A DNA stretch of 64,000 nt from Eledone cirrhosa. Taxonomy: Eukaryota. The notes under the pieces were generated by a model. The model saw only the letters and a list, made by a program, of their open reading frames with translations. It was not told the origin of the DNA and ran no database searches. Every line of letters starts with the position of its first letter. Within the stretch, counting starts at the first letter, position 1. The position numbers were made by a program, and so were the translations under genes. Below, piece after piece: positions 24,807-37,419 of this stretch. The stretch is taken from positions 275,838,001-275,902,000 of the forward strand of contig OZ024741.1 in the NCBI GenBank assembly GCA_964016885.1, written 5' to 3'.

Positions 24807-24907
24807 CAAAATTTGTTTTATAAATAGAGACATACCCAGGAAAAATGATGATGATGATGATGATGATATATATAAAATAAATTTTGCTCTACATGGCTGA
24901 TACAATA

Positions 24908-25272
24908 AATGTAATCTGAGTTTTTTTAATATTAATAATTGTTTCTACTTTTGGCACAAGCTCAGCAATCACCCAGTACATTACTGGTACTATATTTTAT
25001 CGACCCCGTAAGGATGAAAGGCAAAGTTAACCTCGGCGGGATTTGAACTCAGGTCGTAAAGGGACGTAACTATGCTGGAAAGCATGTCTGACTCTTTACC
25101 AATACTGCCAAACATTTGATTCGTTTGCAATTATGCAAACAAGCCTCAATTTAACATAAGAGTAAGAATAAAGTGTTCATTCTACTGACATGGCTATAAA
25201 ATTGAGGCTTGTTTGCATAATTGCAAACGAATCGAATGTTATTATTAATATTCGAAAAACTCAGATTACATT
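24908..25272. mobile_element. Palindromic MITE-like element with SINE A (24938-25112, -) nested in its left arm
   Basis: AATGTAATCTGAGTTTTT / AAAAACTCAGATTACATT outer arms; AACATTTGATTCGTTTGCAATTATGCAAACAAGCCTCAATTT and its reverse complement as inner arms. Confidence 0.65.
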
Positions 25273-25290
25273 ACGTATATATATATATAT

Positions 25291-25592
25291 GAAGGCGCAT
25301 GGTTTGGTTTAGTGGTTAGAGCATTGGGCGTGCAATCGAAAGGTTGTGAGTTCAATTCTCAGACCGGGTGATGTGTTGTTTCCTTGAGCAAGACACTTTA
25401 TTTCACATTACTCCAGTTTACTCAGCTGTAGAAATGAGATGATAGGACTGGGGTCCCTATCGTTCCACTGTAAAGTAGTCGTGGAGGTGCACGGCAAAAA
25501 AGCACCCAGCATTCACTGTAAATGAGGTTGGTGTTAGGAAGGGCATCCAGCTGTAGAAATCAAGCCAGAATCAGTTGCTGTATGAGCAAAAC
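25291..25592 (+). mobile_element. tRNA-derived CORE-type SINE family B, 3'-truncated
   Basis: Head GGCGCATGG...TAGTGGTTAG, B-box GAGTTCAATTC, CORE-like TCCTTGAGCAAGACACTT...CAGTTTACTCAGCTGTAGAAATG, RTE-related TTAGGAAGGGCATCCAG. Confidence 0.8.
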
Positions 25593-25595
25593 AGT

Positions 25596-26180
25596 TCAAC
25601 TGCTGTTTCCATAGCCAGAATCTATTCTCCAGCTCCTCTACTGAATCTGCTATAAGAACCAGATCGTCAGCATAGAGAAGTTCCCATGGACAGCCAGTCT
25701 TAAATTCCTGTTATGGCTTGGAGGACTATAATGAACAAGAGCGGGCTGAGGACCGAACCCTGATGTACTCCTACTTGTATCTGGAATTCCTCACTAAACT
25801 CCATTCCTACCCTCACTTTACTGACAGCACCTCTGTACAAAGCTTGCACTGTCCTCACAAGCCATTCCTCAATACCTAGCTTCCTTAGGGACCACTAGAT
25901 GACAGATTGGGGTGCCCTATCAAAGGCCTTCTCTAGGTCAACAAAAGCTAAGTATAGTGGCTTATTTTTCTCTAAGAACCTCTCTTGTAATTGTCTCACT
26001 AAGAAGAGGGTATCTGTTGTACTTTTCCCAGGCACAAAACCAAACTGCATCTCATCTAGTTTGACCTTTTCTCTAATTAGTTGCACTAATATCCTTTCTG
26101 CCAATTTCATGACCTGATCCATCAGTTTTATGCCCATATAGTTGCTCCTCTCCAGAGCATCCCCTTTACGTTTGTAGCAT
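25596..26180 (-). mobile_element. RTE family B RT fragment
   Basis: GIKLMDQVMK...QFGFVPGKSTTD...DLEKAFD...LYADD on minus strand. Confidence 0.88.
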
Positions 26181-26644
26181 ATATATATATCATTGTTATC
26201 ATCCTCACCTTCGGTTTAAAGCCTGTTTTCACATCTGGTACTGAATAGATGGGATTCAAAATTCAGTATCTTATACATGTCTTGATTTCAGTCATCAAGT
26301 AAGCCTCTCTGAGGTTGTTAGAGCTGCTAAAAATAATAGTCATAACTCTAAAAATACTAGTCATACCCTCTTTATATCCTATCACAACAACCTTATTAGG
26401 TCCTGCTGTATAATATACTTCAGTGTTCCCTGTGCAAAGAAAACACATGGGATTGTCAAGGCGGGAATACTTTTGATTAGAAGTCTCCTTGCTCAAGGCT
26501 GACCTGGGGCTAAACAACTACTTCTAGTACTGCTGCTGCTGCTAGGTCAACCCAATGCATGGGTGTGTGTATATGTGCCTTCTTTGCCAATAACATTTAA
26601 AAAAAAACAAACATTAAAGACAGTTTAAACTCAAACATTAAAAA

Positions 26645-26895
26645 CAGTCTCAAGCCCAGAGGCTCATCAGGCCTGTGCTTATCCTGGTTTCTGTGACAAG
26701 ACTCGCCGCTGGCCACAATGCCAGAATATGGTAGGGTTTAAATCTCCAGCCTTTGCTGGTACTCATTTCCAACTGAGTATACTGGAGCAACATGAAATGC
26801 AGTGTTCTGCTCAAAAACACAACACACAACCCAGTCCAGGAATTGAACCCACAACATTATGATCATAAGTCCAACACCTTTACTACTAGGCCATT
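26645..26895 (-). mobile_element. Older CORE-type SINE
   Basis: Minus strand TGGCCTAGTAG (A-box), GGTTCAATTCC (B-box), TTTGAGCAGAACACTG...GCTCCAGTATACTCAG. Confidence 0.6.
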
Positions 26896-27352
26896 TTAAA
26901 AGATTACCATACCTTCCATGTTAAAAGATTGGGTAGTTTGTTATAAAGGGGTTCCTAGTTCCCCTCACCCACCCCAAAAACACTACACATTATATAGCCA
27001 GCATGGCCCAAAAGTGAACACAACAATAGTTTAAAGTATGTCCTTGCACAAGATACCTGAGTAGAATAAGGAAACACTGGAAACTTTTGGTTAAGGAGAT
27101 TAAGGGAACTGCTGCCTTTAAATGTTGGATCTTTTCCTGTTCTTCACGATTTATTACTCACTAGCCCTAACCCACGTTGTAAATGTGGTTGGCGTTAGGA
27201 AGCTGCACCCAACCATAGAAACCAAACCAAGTCAAGCCAGAACCAGTTCTGTATAAGCAAGACACAGTAACCTGATCTGACTTGTCTCACGACGGGACAA
27301 CTCGTCTAACCCATGCTACGTGAAAAAATGGACGTTAAATGATGATGATAAT

Positions 27353-27492
27353 AATTGTTTCTACTTTTGGCACAAGGCCAGCTATTACCCAGTACATTAC
27401 TGGTACTTTATTTTATCGACCCCGTAAGGATGAAAGGCAAAGTGAACCTCGGCGGGATTTGAACTCAGACCGTAAAGGGACGTAACTATGCT
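27353..27492 (-). mobile_element. SINE family A, 5'-truncated
   Basis: Near-identical to 24938-25080; preceded by an RTE-type tail at 27170-27348. Confidence 0.8.
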
Positions 27493-27879
27493 AAACCGAC
27501 ACTAGTCTTCCGGGATATCACTGTTTACTTCATCGAGACATAGGTCAGGTATTTTGAACCTTATAAACTACTATACTATACGAGCACACCCAGACACCCA
27601 CGATGATACAGGCATAGTATTCGGTTAATTTCAGTCACTGAACTACCTCTCAGCTGTGGCATCGCTTTCAGGGGATATGAGTTGCAGAAAGGGGGAGGGG
27701 GGTATGAGTTGCGTAAGTGGGGGGGGGGGTATGAGTTGCGGAGGGGGGGGGGGGTATTTAGTCGATCGTATAGATCATAATTCATCTTTTTTCGATCTCT
27801 ATTTTTTTCGAACAATTAAGTTACGGGACATAAAAGACACATCGCAAACACCGGTCTTTAGAGACAGGTGTAAACACAT

Positions 27880-27910
<31 letters not shown>

Positions 27911-28521
27911 CACTCACACATACACATATATATATTATATATATATATATATTTATACACAGAAACATAGTGTTTGAGCTTCATATAGTCTGCAGTGACA
28001 GTTAGATGCTGACTTCTTAAAGTGTTATTTTGGTGGAGATTTGTCAGAAATCCTTACAAAAACCACAACACAAGTTTCAAAGTCAGTCGTTGTCTTCTAC
28101 TCATCATATTCTGTGTTTGTTTGTTGTTGTTGTTATAATAAAAATATGTGGTAGATACATTATATTGGGAATGTTAACGTGTCAGAGTTAAATCAGCTGA
28201 GGTCAGCATCATTGACAACGGAGGATGAAAAGAATTATTTTCAAGATGAATCACACAATTTCTTCATTAATGTCACAGTAAAGTAAATACTTTTACGCAA
28301 CTGGTATAAGAAACAAAGAATATAAAGCCACAGAAAGATTTAATAAGGTTCTGGATAAATAATACAGTCTTAAGACTGAAGAATATTTAATATTTCTGTA
28401 TTTTACATGCCTTGAATCGAGTTGTCTTCTAACTTGCGCAACAAAATTACAAGGAATAAGATAAAATAAATGAAATATATATTATATAGAAATAAAAAAA
28501 TATATATATGTATATACTGAC

Positions 28522-28591
28522 CGACTGATAAAGAAATGAAACATATCTGTAACAAAAGACCAACCCAGCTTAAAAAGTATATAAACCACAT
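28522..28591 (-). CDS. TEX261: TEX261 coding exon 1 (70 nt)
   Basis: ACGACA-ATG; MWFIYFLSWVGLLLQICFISLSV+G |GTCAGT; MWF.Y.LSW is the TEX261 N-terminus; phase 1 joins exon 2 in frame. Confidence 0.95.
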
Positions 28592-28929
28592 TGTCGTTGT
28601 TGATTGAAGACTGTTATTTTATTGCCAACTCCGGTGCCGACCTGTTCTCGTTAAATTCTAGATCTGACACCGTGTCTGTCTCTCCATACACTTCGAATTA
28701 TCTGTCCTTAGTGTGTGAGAGTAATCTGCTCTTACCAAGTATCGTTTTTGTTTTGTTTTTTATTGGAATTCACCGGTCTTCAGCGTTTTTTTGTAAAATT
28801 TACATGCATTCACCGCCGCATATATTTATATATATATATATATATATACAACTGATATATAATCATACCTTATCCAACTGATAAGGTATGATTTTCCTGG
28901 GTATGTCTCTATTTATAAAACAAATTTTG

Positions 28930-28992
28930 TATTTTATCTGAAGAAAGCGTACCAAAGTCTTTTGGTACCAGTGAAATATATATAATAAAATA
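28930..28992 (+). ncRNA. Hammerhead ribozyme motif (TA-stem III family)
   Basis: TATTTTAT-CTGAAGA-...GTACCAAAG/TTTTGGTAC...-GAAA-TATATA-TA-ATAAAATA; base of stem II mismatched. Confidence 0.55.
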
Positions 28993-29006
28993 AATATGGT
29001 TTTATC

Positions 29007-29041
<35 letters not shown>

Positions 29042-29044
<3 letters not shown>

Positions 29045-30528
29045 AAACAGTCAGCAAGGTTAGAATTAACAACGAATATAGTGAAGAGTTTAGCGTAAAA
29101 GTTGGCGTCCATCAGGGCTCTGTTCTCAGCCCCCTACTATTTATTATTGCCCTGCAGGCTATAACAGAGGAGTTCAAGACAGGCTGCCCGTGGGAACTCC
29201 TATACGCAGACGACCTGACACTCATAGCGGAATCAATGGCCGAGCTAGAGAAGAAATTCCAAACATGGAAGCACGGCCTAGAGTCAAAAGGACTTAAAAT
29301 TAACCTGGCTAAGACCAAAGTTCTAGTTTGTAAGAAAGAAAACAAGGCGGCGGTCCCTTCTGGGAAATGGTCGTGCTCGGTGTGTAGGAAAGGCGTAGGT
29401 AGAAACTCCATTTTATGTCCTAAATGCAAAGTATGGGTGCATAAAAGATGTAGTGGGATCACAGGTAAGCTAACTAAGAACATAGATTTTACATGTGGCC
29501 GGTGTTCTGGTGCAATAAGTAGCAGCAAGTGCCCACAAAATACTAGCTCTTTCAATTGCGCAGAGGGTTTTATAGAAATAGTGGACAGCTTCCGTTACCT
29601 GGGCGATAAAATCAGCAGTGGGGGAGTTGTGCTCTGAAAGTACTGTAGCTAGAGTCAGAACTGGTTGGAAAAAGTTCAGAGAGCTTATACCACTATTAGC
29701 TGCTAAAGGGTTCTCCCTAAAAATGAAAGGCAGGTTGTACGATGCCTGCATACGAACAGCAATGTTGCATGGCAGTGAGACCTGGGCATTGTGTGCAGAG
29801 GATATACGCAGACTAGAGAGGAACGAAGCTTGCATGCTCCGCTGGATGTGTAACAGTAATATACGTGAACGGCAAAGCATAAACGAACTAAGGAAAAAAT
29901 TAGAAATAAGAGGGATCAGATGTTGTTTACTCGAGAGAAGGCTACGTTGGTATGGACACGTGATGCGCATGAAAGTCGATAGCTGTATAACAAAGTGCAG
30001 GGCAATAAAGATAGACGGTAGCCACGGAATAGGCAGACCTAGAAAAACCTGGGACGAGCTGATAAACTCCGACCTCACACACTTACACCTCTCCAAGACA
30101 ATGTCACTGGACCGAGACCTTTGGCGGTACTCAGTAACAGAGAAGACCCGCCTTGCCAGTAGGCATCTCTAACAAAATACACCCCGTCCCGCCACCACCC
30201 CCACCCCATCCACACCACCCCGTTCTATGTAAAGTTATGTTGGTGCCGCGCCATCCAGGCCGAAACAAATGAGATCGTGTAGGTGTCACGACAAAAAAAC
30301 ACACAGTCCACGCTGTAATGTGGCCGTGTAGGCAACACGGTAAAAACCTCCCAGACCCACACTGTAAATGTGGTTGGTGTTAGGAAGGGCATCCAACTGT
30401 AGAAAACCTGCCAGACAGTCCTATGCGAGCAAGACAATCACTCTTGCCTCAAGTGGGACTACCCCCATCCAAACCCATGCAAGCGTGGAACACGGACGTT
30501 AAACGTTGATGATGATGATGATGATGAT
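29042..30528 (+). mobile_element. 5'-truncated young RTE family A copy
   Basis: Nearly identical to 15775-17292 and to 23195-24665; +1 frameshift near 29627; preceded by (TA)n. Confidence 0.95.
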
Positions 30529-30799
30529 ATAGAATATATATATATAGAATGATAAAACCATATTTATTTTATTATATATATTTTATTATATATATTAGGC
30601 AGCAGAAAGGACCTCATGTTGGCTATAGAGCAGGAGAGAAGAGATAAGGTGGGAGCCAGGAGAAGATGGGCAGCGATTTCACGAAACCATTGTTGATCCA
30701 CCAACGAGATGGTGTTATGGTTAAGGGTCAAAACACGCAATGAACATTAGACACCGTCTAATGACATACCCTCCCGCTGGACATAGCTATATTCACTGA

Positions 30800-31080
30800 A
30801 GGTGAATCTGGAGAAAGCTTTTGACAGAGTCCCCTGTTCCATTATCTAGTGGGCTCTTAAAAAACTATGAGTAGATGAGTAGCTTGTGACAGCTGTACAA
30901 GCCATGTATAGAGGAACAGACAGCAAGGTTAGAATTAACGATGACATTAGTGAAGAATTTAGTGTGCAGGTAGGTGTCCATCAGGGCTCCGTCCTTAGCC
31001 CTCTCCTGTTTATTATTGCCCTACAGGCTATAACAAAAGAGTTTAAGACTGTCTGCCCATGGAACTTCTGTATGTTGATG
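30800..31080 (+). mobile_element. Old RTE copy, 5' half (ends at the YADD-equivalent)
   Basis: LEKAFDRVP...GVHQGSVLSPLLFII...CPW, ending CTGTATGTTGATG. Confidence 0.85.
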
Positions 31081-34000
31081 GGAAGAATATGAGCTAAAAC
31101 TCCTATCACCCTCTAATTTCATTGTGATCAAGGATTAGATGATCCTATGGGAAGTATACACCTTAAAATGCCTTCTTTTACCGTCTAATCTGTCATTGAT
31201 AAGGGTGTAGCTGGCTGTAGGAGGTCCTATGGAAGTATTCACCTAAAACTGCTTCTTTTGACCTCAGGCATGTGTTTAGCTGGCAGTAGTAGGTCCTATG
31301 GAAGTATTCACCTAAAACTGTTTTTTTTGCCCTCTGACATGTGTTTAGCTGGCCATATGAGCTCCTATGGGAAGTATATGACCTGAAACTGCTTTTTTCA
31401 ACCTCTACCCTCACATTGACCAGGGTTTAGGAGATCCAATGGGAGTACATGCTTTAAAACTGCTTCTTTTACCCTCTAACCATGCATTTATCAGTTTAGC
31501 TGCTCATATGTGATCCTATGGGAAGGATTCACCTGAAACTGCTTCTTTCGCCCTCTAACCAGGCTTTTACTGGGGTTCAGCTGGGCATATGAAATCCTAT
31601 ATTAGGTATACTCTCAAATCTGTTTCTTTGGCCCTCTATCCTTTCATTGACTAGGGTTTAGGAGATCCTATGGGAAGTATATGCCTTAAAACTGTTTCCT
31701 TTACTCTCTAGCCTGGCATTAACAAGAGTTCAGCTGGCCATAGGAGATCCTATGGGCGGTATACTGCCTGAAACTGCTTCTTTCACCCTCTAACCTTGCA
31801 TTGACAAGGGTTTAGAAGATCCTATAGGAAGTATATGCTTTAAAACTGCTTCTTTTACCCTCTAAGCAAGCATTTACCAGGGTTTAGCTAGTCATAGGAG
31901 ATACTAGTGCAAACTAACTTCTGTGCACAAGCTTCAGTGAGAGTGGAAAAAGAGCTCACAGAATGGTTTACTGTAAACAGAGCTATTCAGCAGGGATGTC
32001 TGGTGTCGCCTTTGGCATTCAATCTTTACTTTAAGGAGGTGATGAGAAATTCAGTAGATATGCTCTCCTGGATCAGGATTTCTGTTGGTGGGAAAGAGAT
32101 CAATGACCTGCAGTAAGTTGACGACATAGTGCTTATAGCAAACTCACCAGCAAATCTACAAACACTGCTGGATAAAGCTACATAGTTTCAAGAGAATATA
32201 GTCTGGAGATCAACATCAAAAAGACAAAAGTAATAGCTGCAACTAGTCAGAAGGGAGAAATGAACATAGGTTGCCAAGGTGAGATGCTAGAACAAGTGGA
32301 GAAGTTCAAATAACTTGGTTCAATACTAGAAAAGGCAGCAGAGGAAGTTGGGAAATAATGGGTGAGGTTAGCAACTAAATAAAATAAAATAAAATACACT
32401 TTGGTATTCTCAGTAACATTTTTCAATATTTTTCAAAGAGATTAATAGGAATTTCTACATGTGTCTCTTGACCAGGATTGAACCATAGAGCACAGTCACC
32501 ACTGCCTGAAATATTTCCCACTAGGCCACCAAGCCAGCTACAAGAAGCTATTGAAAATTAATAATTATAAGCCTACTTTCAAAATTAAATCAAATTAAAT
32601 TAATCAAATTAATTCAAAATAAAATAAAATAACATAAATAAAATGAAATATAAAAAAATAATATAAATTAGATTAAATTAAATTGAATTTCAAAAAGATG
32701 TGGTATAGTTCTTGCCTTTAAAGTTAATTCTTTTTTTAGGGTCAATTTGTAAATCATTTAGGTCTTCCCAGATCCTGAAGGACGAATACGACCAAAAACT
32801 GCTTCTTTTCCCCTCTAACCTGGCATTGATAAGGCTTTATCTAGCCATACCATAGAAAATCCTATGGGACGTTATGCCCTAAAGCCTTTACTTTCGCTTT
32901 CTGACCAGGCATTTTATTTTAATTAAATTAATTTATTTTTGAAAGTAGGTTTATAATTATTAATTTTCAATAAATATTTGTAGCTGACTTGGTGACCTAG
33001 TAGGAAATCTTTGAGGTCGTGTAGAACCTGCCCTGGAGTTCAATCCTAGAAGACAGATGCATGTAGAGTTTCCCATTAATCTTTTTCAGTTTTCCTTTTA
33101 AATCTCTTTGAAAAATATTGAAAAATGTTACTGAGAATCCCAAAGTGGATTAATTTTATTTTATTTTATTTTATTTTATTTACTTGCTAATCTCGCCAAT
33201 ATTTTCCAACTTCCTTCTGCCGTCTGCTTAGGTATTGAACCAAGGTATTTGAACTTCAACAACCTGCAGTATTAGAGGGTGAAAGAAGCAGTTGCAGACC
33301 ATGTACTTCCCATAGGATCTGCTATGATCAAATAAACCCTGGTAAGAGTGCAAAAGTAAAGACTTTAGGTCGTGTACGTCCCATAGGATCTCCTACAGAC
33401 AGTGAAACCCCTGTCAATGCCAGATCAGAGGGTAAAAGAATCTGATTTAATCATCACATCGCATAGAATGTCATATGGCCAGCTAAACCCTGGTAAATTC
33501 CTGACTAGAGAGTGAAAGTCAGGTCTTTAAGGCATATACTTCTTATAGGATCTCCTTCCATTACATCAGGTAAACCCTTGTCAATGCTAGGATAGAAGAT
33601 GAAAGAAACAGTTTGAGGATGTATAGTTCCTTTTAGGATCACATACTGCCAGTTAAACCCTAGTCCATGACTGGATAGAGGGTGAAAGTAGTAGTTTTAG
33701 GTGTAGGATCTCCTATGGCCAGCTAAACCCCCTGTCAATGCCATTTTAGAGGGTAAAAGAAGCAGATTTAAGTATACATTGCATAGGATCTCATATGGCC
33801 ATCTAAACCCTGTTAAATAGAGAGTGAAAGCAATGGCTTTAAGGCGTATACTTCTCGTAGGATCTTCTCTCATCAGCTAAACCCTTGTCAATGCTAGGAT
33901 AGGAGGTGAAAGAAGCAGTTTCAGGCTGTATACTTACTATAGGATCTAATTTGGCCAGCTAAACCCATGCCAGAATGTGCGAAAATAATGACTTTAGGTC

Positions 34001-36778
34001 ATATTCATGCCATAGGATCTCCTACCACCAGCTAAACCCTTGTCAATGACATATTAGAGGGTAAAAGAAGGAGTATACTTCCCATAGAATCACCTAATCC
34101 CTGATCAAAATGAGATTAGAGGGCTACAGAAGCAGTTTTATACCTTATACTTATGTAGTTTCTCTTACGGCCTGCTAATCCTTTGTCAATGCCAGATTAG
34201 AGGGCAAAAGAAGCAGTTTGAGGACGTATATATCTTTTAGGATCTCATTTTAAAGCATATACTTCCAATAGGATCTTTCAGGTGTATATGTCCTGTAGGA
34301 TCACCTATGGCCAGTTAAACTCTTGTTAATGCCAGGTTAGAGGGTGAAAAAAGCAGTTTAGGTTGTATACTTCCCATAGGATCTCATTTGGCCAGCTATA
34401 CTTATGTCAGAGTGTGAAAATAATGGCTTTAGGTCATATTCATGCCATAGGATCTCCTACAGACAGCTAAACCTTTGTCAATGCAAGATTATAGGGTGAA
34501 AGTAAGGCCCTTAATGCATATAACTCCTATAGGATCACCTACGACCCACTAAACCCTGCTCAATGCCTGGTTAGTGGATGAAAGAAGCTGTTTTAGGCAG
34601 TATAGTTCACACAGGATATTCTACAGTCAGTTAAACCATGGTAAGAGCTTTAGGGCATATATGTCACATCGGATCTCCTATGGCCAAGTAAAACCTTATC
34701 AAAGCCAGGTAAAAGAAACAGTTTTAAACCATATACTTCCTGTAGGACTTCTAAACTCTTGTAAATGGAAGGTTCATGTGTGTCAGAAGCTGTTTCAGGC
34801 TGTATACATCCAATAGGATCTCATATGTCCAGCTAAACCCAGGTAAATGCATTGTTAGGAGGCGAAAGTAGCAGTTGTAGGCGTATACTTCACATAGGAC
34901 CTCCTGCAGCCATCTAAACACTGGTCAATGACAGATTAGAGAGTAAAAGAAGGAATGTTAAGGTGTATACTTCCCATAGGATCACCTAATCCCTGATCCA
35001 AGTGAGGTTAGGGGGTAATTTTAAGGAGTTTTAGGCTGTATACTTGCCACAGGATCCCCTATGCCAGTTAAACCCTTGTTAATGCAAGGTTAGGACACAA
35101 AAGAAAGGACATATACACCCTTTAAGATCACACACAGCCAGCTAAACTCTGGTCCATATCTGCATAGAGAGCAAAAGAAGCAGTTGTAAGTCCTGTAGGA
35201 TCTCCAGATAAACCCCTGTCAATTTCAGTTTAGAAGGCAAAGGAATAAGATTTAAGCATATACATCGCATACAATCTCATATGGCAAGCTAAACCCTGGC
35301 AAATGTATAGTGAGAGGGTGAATGTAATGGCTCTAGGGCGTATACATCACATATGATCTCCAACCATCAGCAAACTTTTTTTCAATGCAAGGATAAAAGG
35401 TGAAAGAAGCAGCTTAGGCTGTATATTTCCAATAGGATCTCATATGGCAAGTTAATCTCATGACTGAGTGCGAAAATAATGGCTGAAGGTCATATGTCCC
35501 ACAAGATTTCCTACATCCAGCTAAACCCTTGTCAATGCCTGGTTAGGAGGTGAAAGAAGCAATTATAGGTGCATACTTCCCATAGGATCTCCTACGGCTA
35601 GGTAAACTTTTGTCAATGTCAGGTTGGAGGGTAAAAGAAGGAATGTTAAAGTGTAAACTACCCGTAGGACTTCTAAACCCTTATTAATGTGAGGTTCCTT
35701 GGTGTAAGAAGCAGTTACAGGCTGTATACTTCCCATAGGATATCATATGGCTAGCTAAAGCCTGGTAAATACCTTGTTAGATGACAACAGAAGCATCTGT
35801 AGGTGTATACTTCCTATAGAATCTCATATGGCCAGCTAAACCATGGTCCATGACTGGATAGAGGGTGAAAGAAGCTGTTTTAGGTGTATAAGCCATGTAG
35901 GATCTCCAACAGCCAGCTAAACCCCTGTCCATGTCAGGTTAGAGGGTAAAAGAATCAGATTTAAGTGTATACATTGCATAGGGTCTCCTAAGGCCAGCTA
36001 AACCTATCACCCTCTAACCTCATTTTGATCAGGGATTAGGTGATCCTGTGGGAAGTATACACCTTAAAACTCCTTCTTTTACCTTCTAATATAGAAGAAG
36101 AATTTTGCTTCTCTTTTGCCTACTAGAAGAAGGAAGAATGTAGTTTCTGCCCGTCTCGCCTCGCAGTCTCTAGCTATATGTCTCTGCTTTAATTTGCTTC
36201 GACATCGATGGGCTGAGATGTTTCAGGCTGTATACTTCCCATAGGATCACATAGAGCCAGCTAAACCCTGGTCCATGATGAATAGAGGGTGAAAGAAGCA
36301 GTTGTAGGTGTATAAGTCCTGTGGGATCTCCTCTGGCCAGATAAACCCCCTGTTAATGGCTGGTCAGAAGGCGAAAGAAACAGATTTAAGAGTTTACCTT
36401 GCATAGGATCTCATAGGAGCTAAACCCTGGCAAAAGTATGGCTAGAGGGCGAAAGTAATGGTTTTATGGTGTATACATCCAATAGAATCTCCTACCATCA
36501 GCTAAACCCTTGTCATTGCTAGGATAGAAGGGGAAAGAAGTATGAAAATAACAGCTTTAGGTCATATTTAGGTCAGCTAAACTCTTGTCATGGCAGATTA
36601 GAGGGTTAAAGAAGGAGTTTTAAGGTGTATACTTCCCATAGGAGCACTTAATACCTGTCCAATATGAAGTTAGAGGGCGATAGAAACAGTTTTAGGCCTA
36701 AACTTCTCATGAGATCACATATGGCCAGCTAAATACTGACAAATGCCTGACTAGAGGGCAAAAGCAAATGCTTTAGGG
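31081..36778. repeat. Degenerate satellite (about 70-82 bp unit) interspersed with an RT-fragment/SINE-head module
   Basis: Consensus like GTATACTTCCCATAGGATCTCCTATGGCCAGCTAAACCCTTGTCAATGCCAGGTTAGAGGGTGAAAGAAGCAGTTTTAG; minus orientation to about 32915, plus from about 33265; short continuation at 39261-39430. Confidence 0.9.
31907..32380 (+). pseudogene. LINE reverse transcriptase fragment (different family from RTE A/B)
   Basis: QQGCLVSPLAFNLY...INDLQ*VDDIVL...INIKKTKV...EQVEKFK*LG; inverted copies at 45095-45390, 46375-46710, 47210-47605. Confidence 0.8.
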
Positions 36779-37419
36779 CACAGGTACTCAACCCATTTAG
36801 GCCAAACGCCCCCTTTTGTCCCTTGAAATCACGAAATGCCCCTACCCTATTTTTCCATTTTTCAATATACTACTGATTTTGATATCAGCAGATTACTAAA
36901 AAATTGATTAACAATATTCCAAAGATACCATTGCAGGCAGCTGAGAGTATAAATACATTCCTTGAAAGGAAATATATAAATTTCAAAAAAAGGAACATAA
37001 ATGTTCTTTTTTATGAATAAGGACCAGTTGAATTTGTTATATTCCCACCAGGTGATACCAGCTATTTTGAACATTTATACAAGAGCAACTCTGTCTATCC
37101 CAAGTGTGCTCTTATCTGGAAGAAAGTGGCAATTATATCATTTCAAAGCTTTCCAATGTTCCCTTTAATGAAACGGACAGAATAAATGTTGATATCTAAC
37201 TTGATGTCCCCTCCGCTTTGTGAGCTTAGAGATCACGGAAGAGGGTTTTCATGACCACGTAAGAGGGTATATTTATTAGTAAATGGTAAAATATATACAA
37301 CAAATGAGTAAGTGAATTGAAGTAGATGGTTTCCAGTCCAGTCAGACTGCATGTACAAAAAAATAAATTGTTAGTTTGCTTTGTAACAATAGCATATCCA
37401 AGTTTTCGGATAAATAAAC

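Noticed and set aside
26660-26695. CTGATGA and GAAA on the minus strand as a hammerhead
   Set aside because: Lies in a SINE tail; I could not build the required stems.
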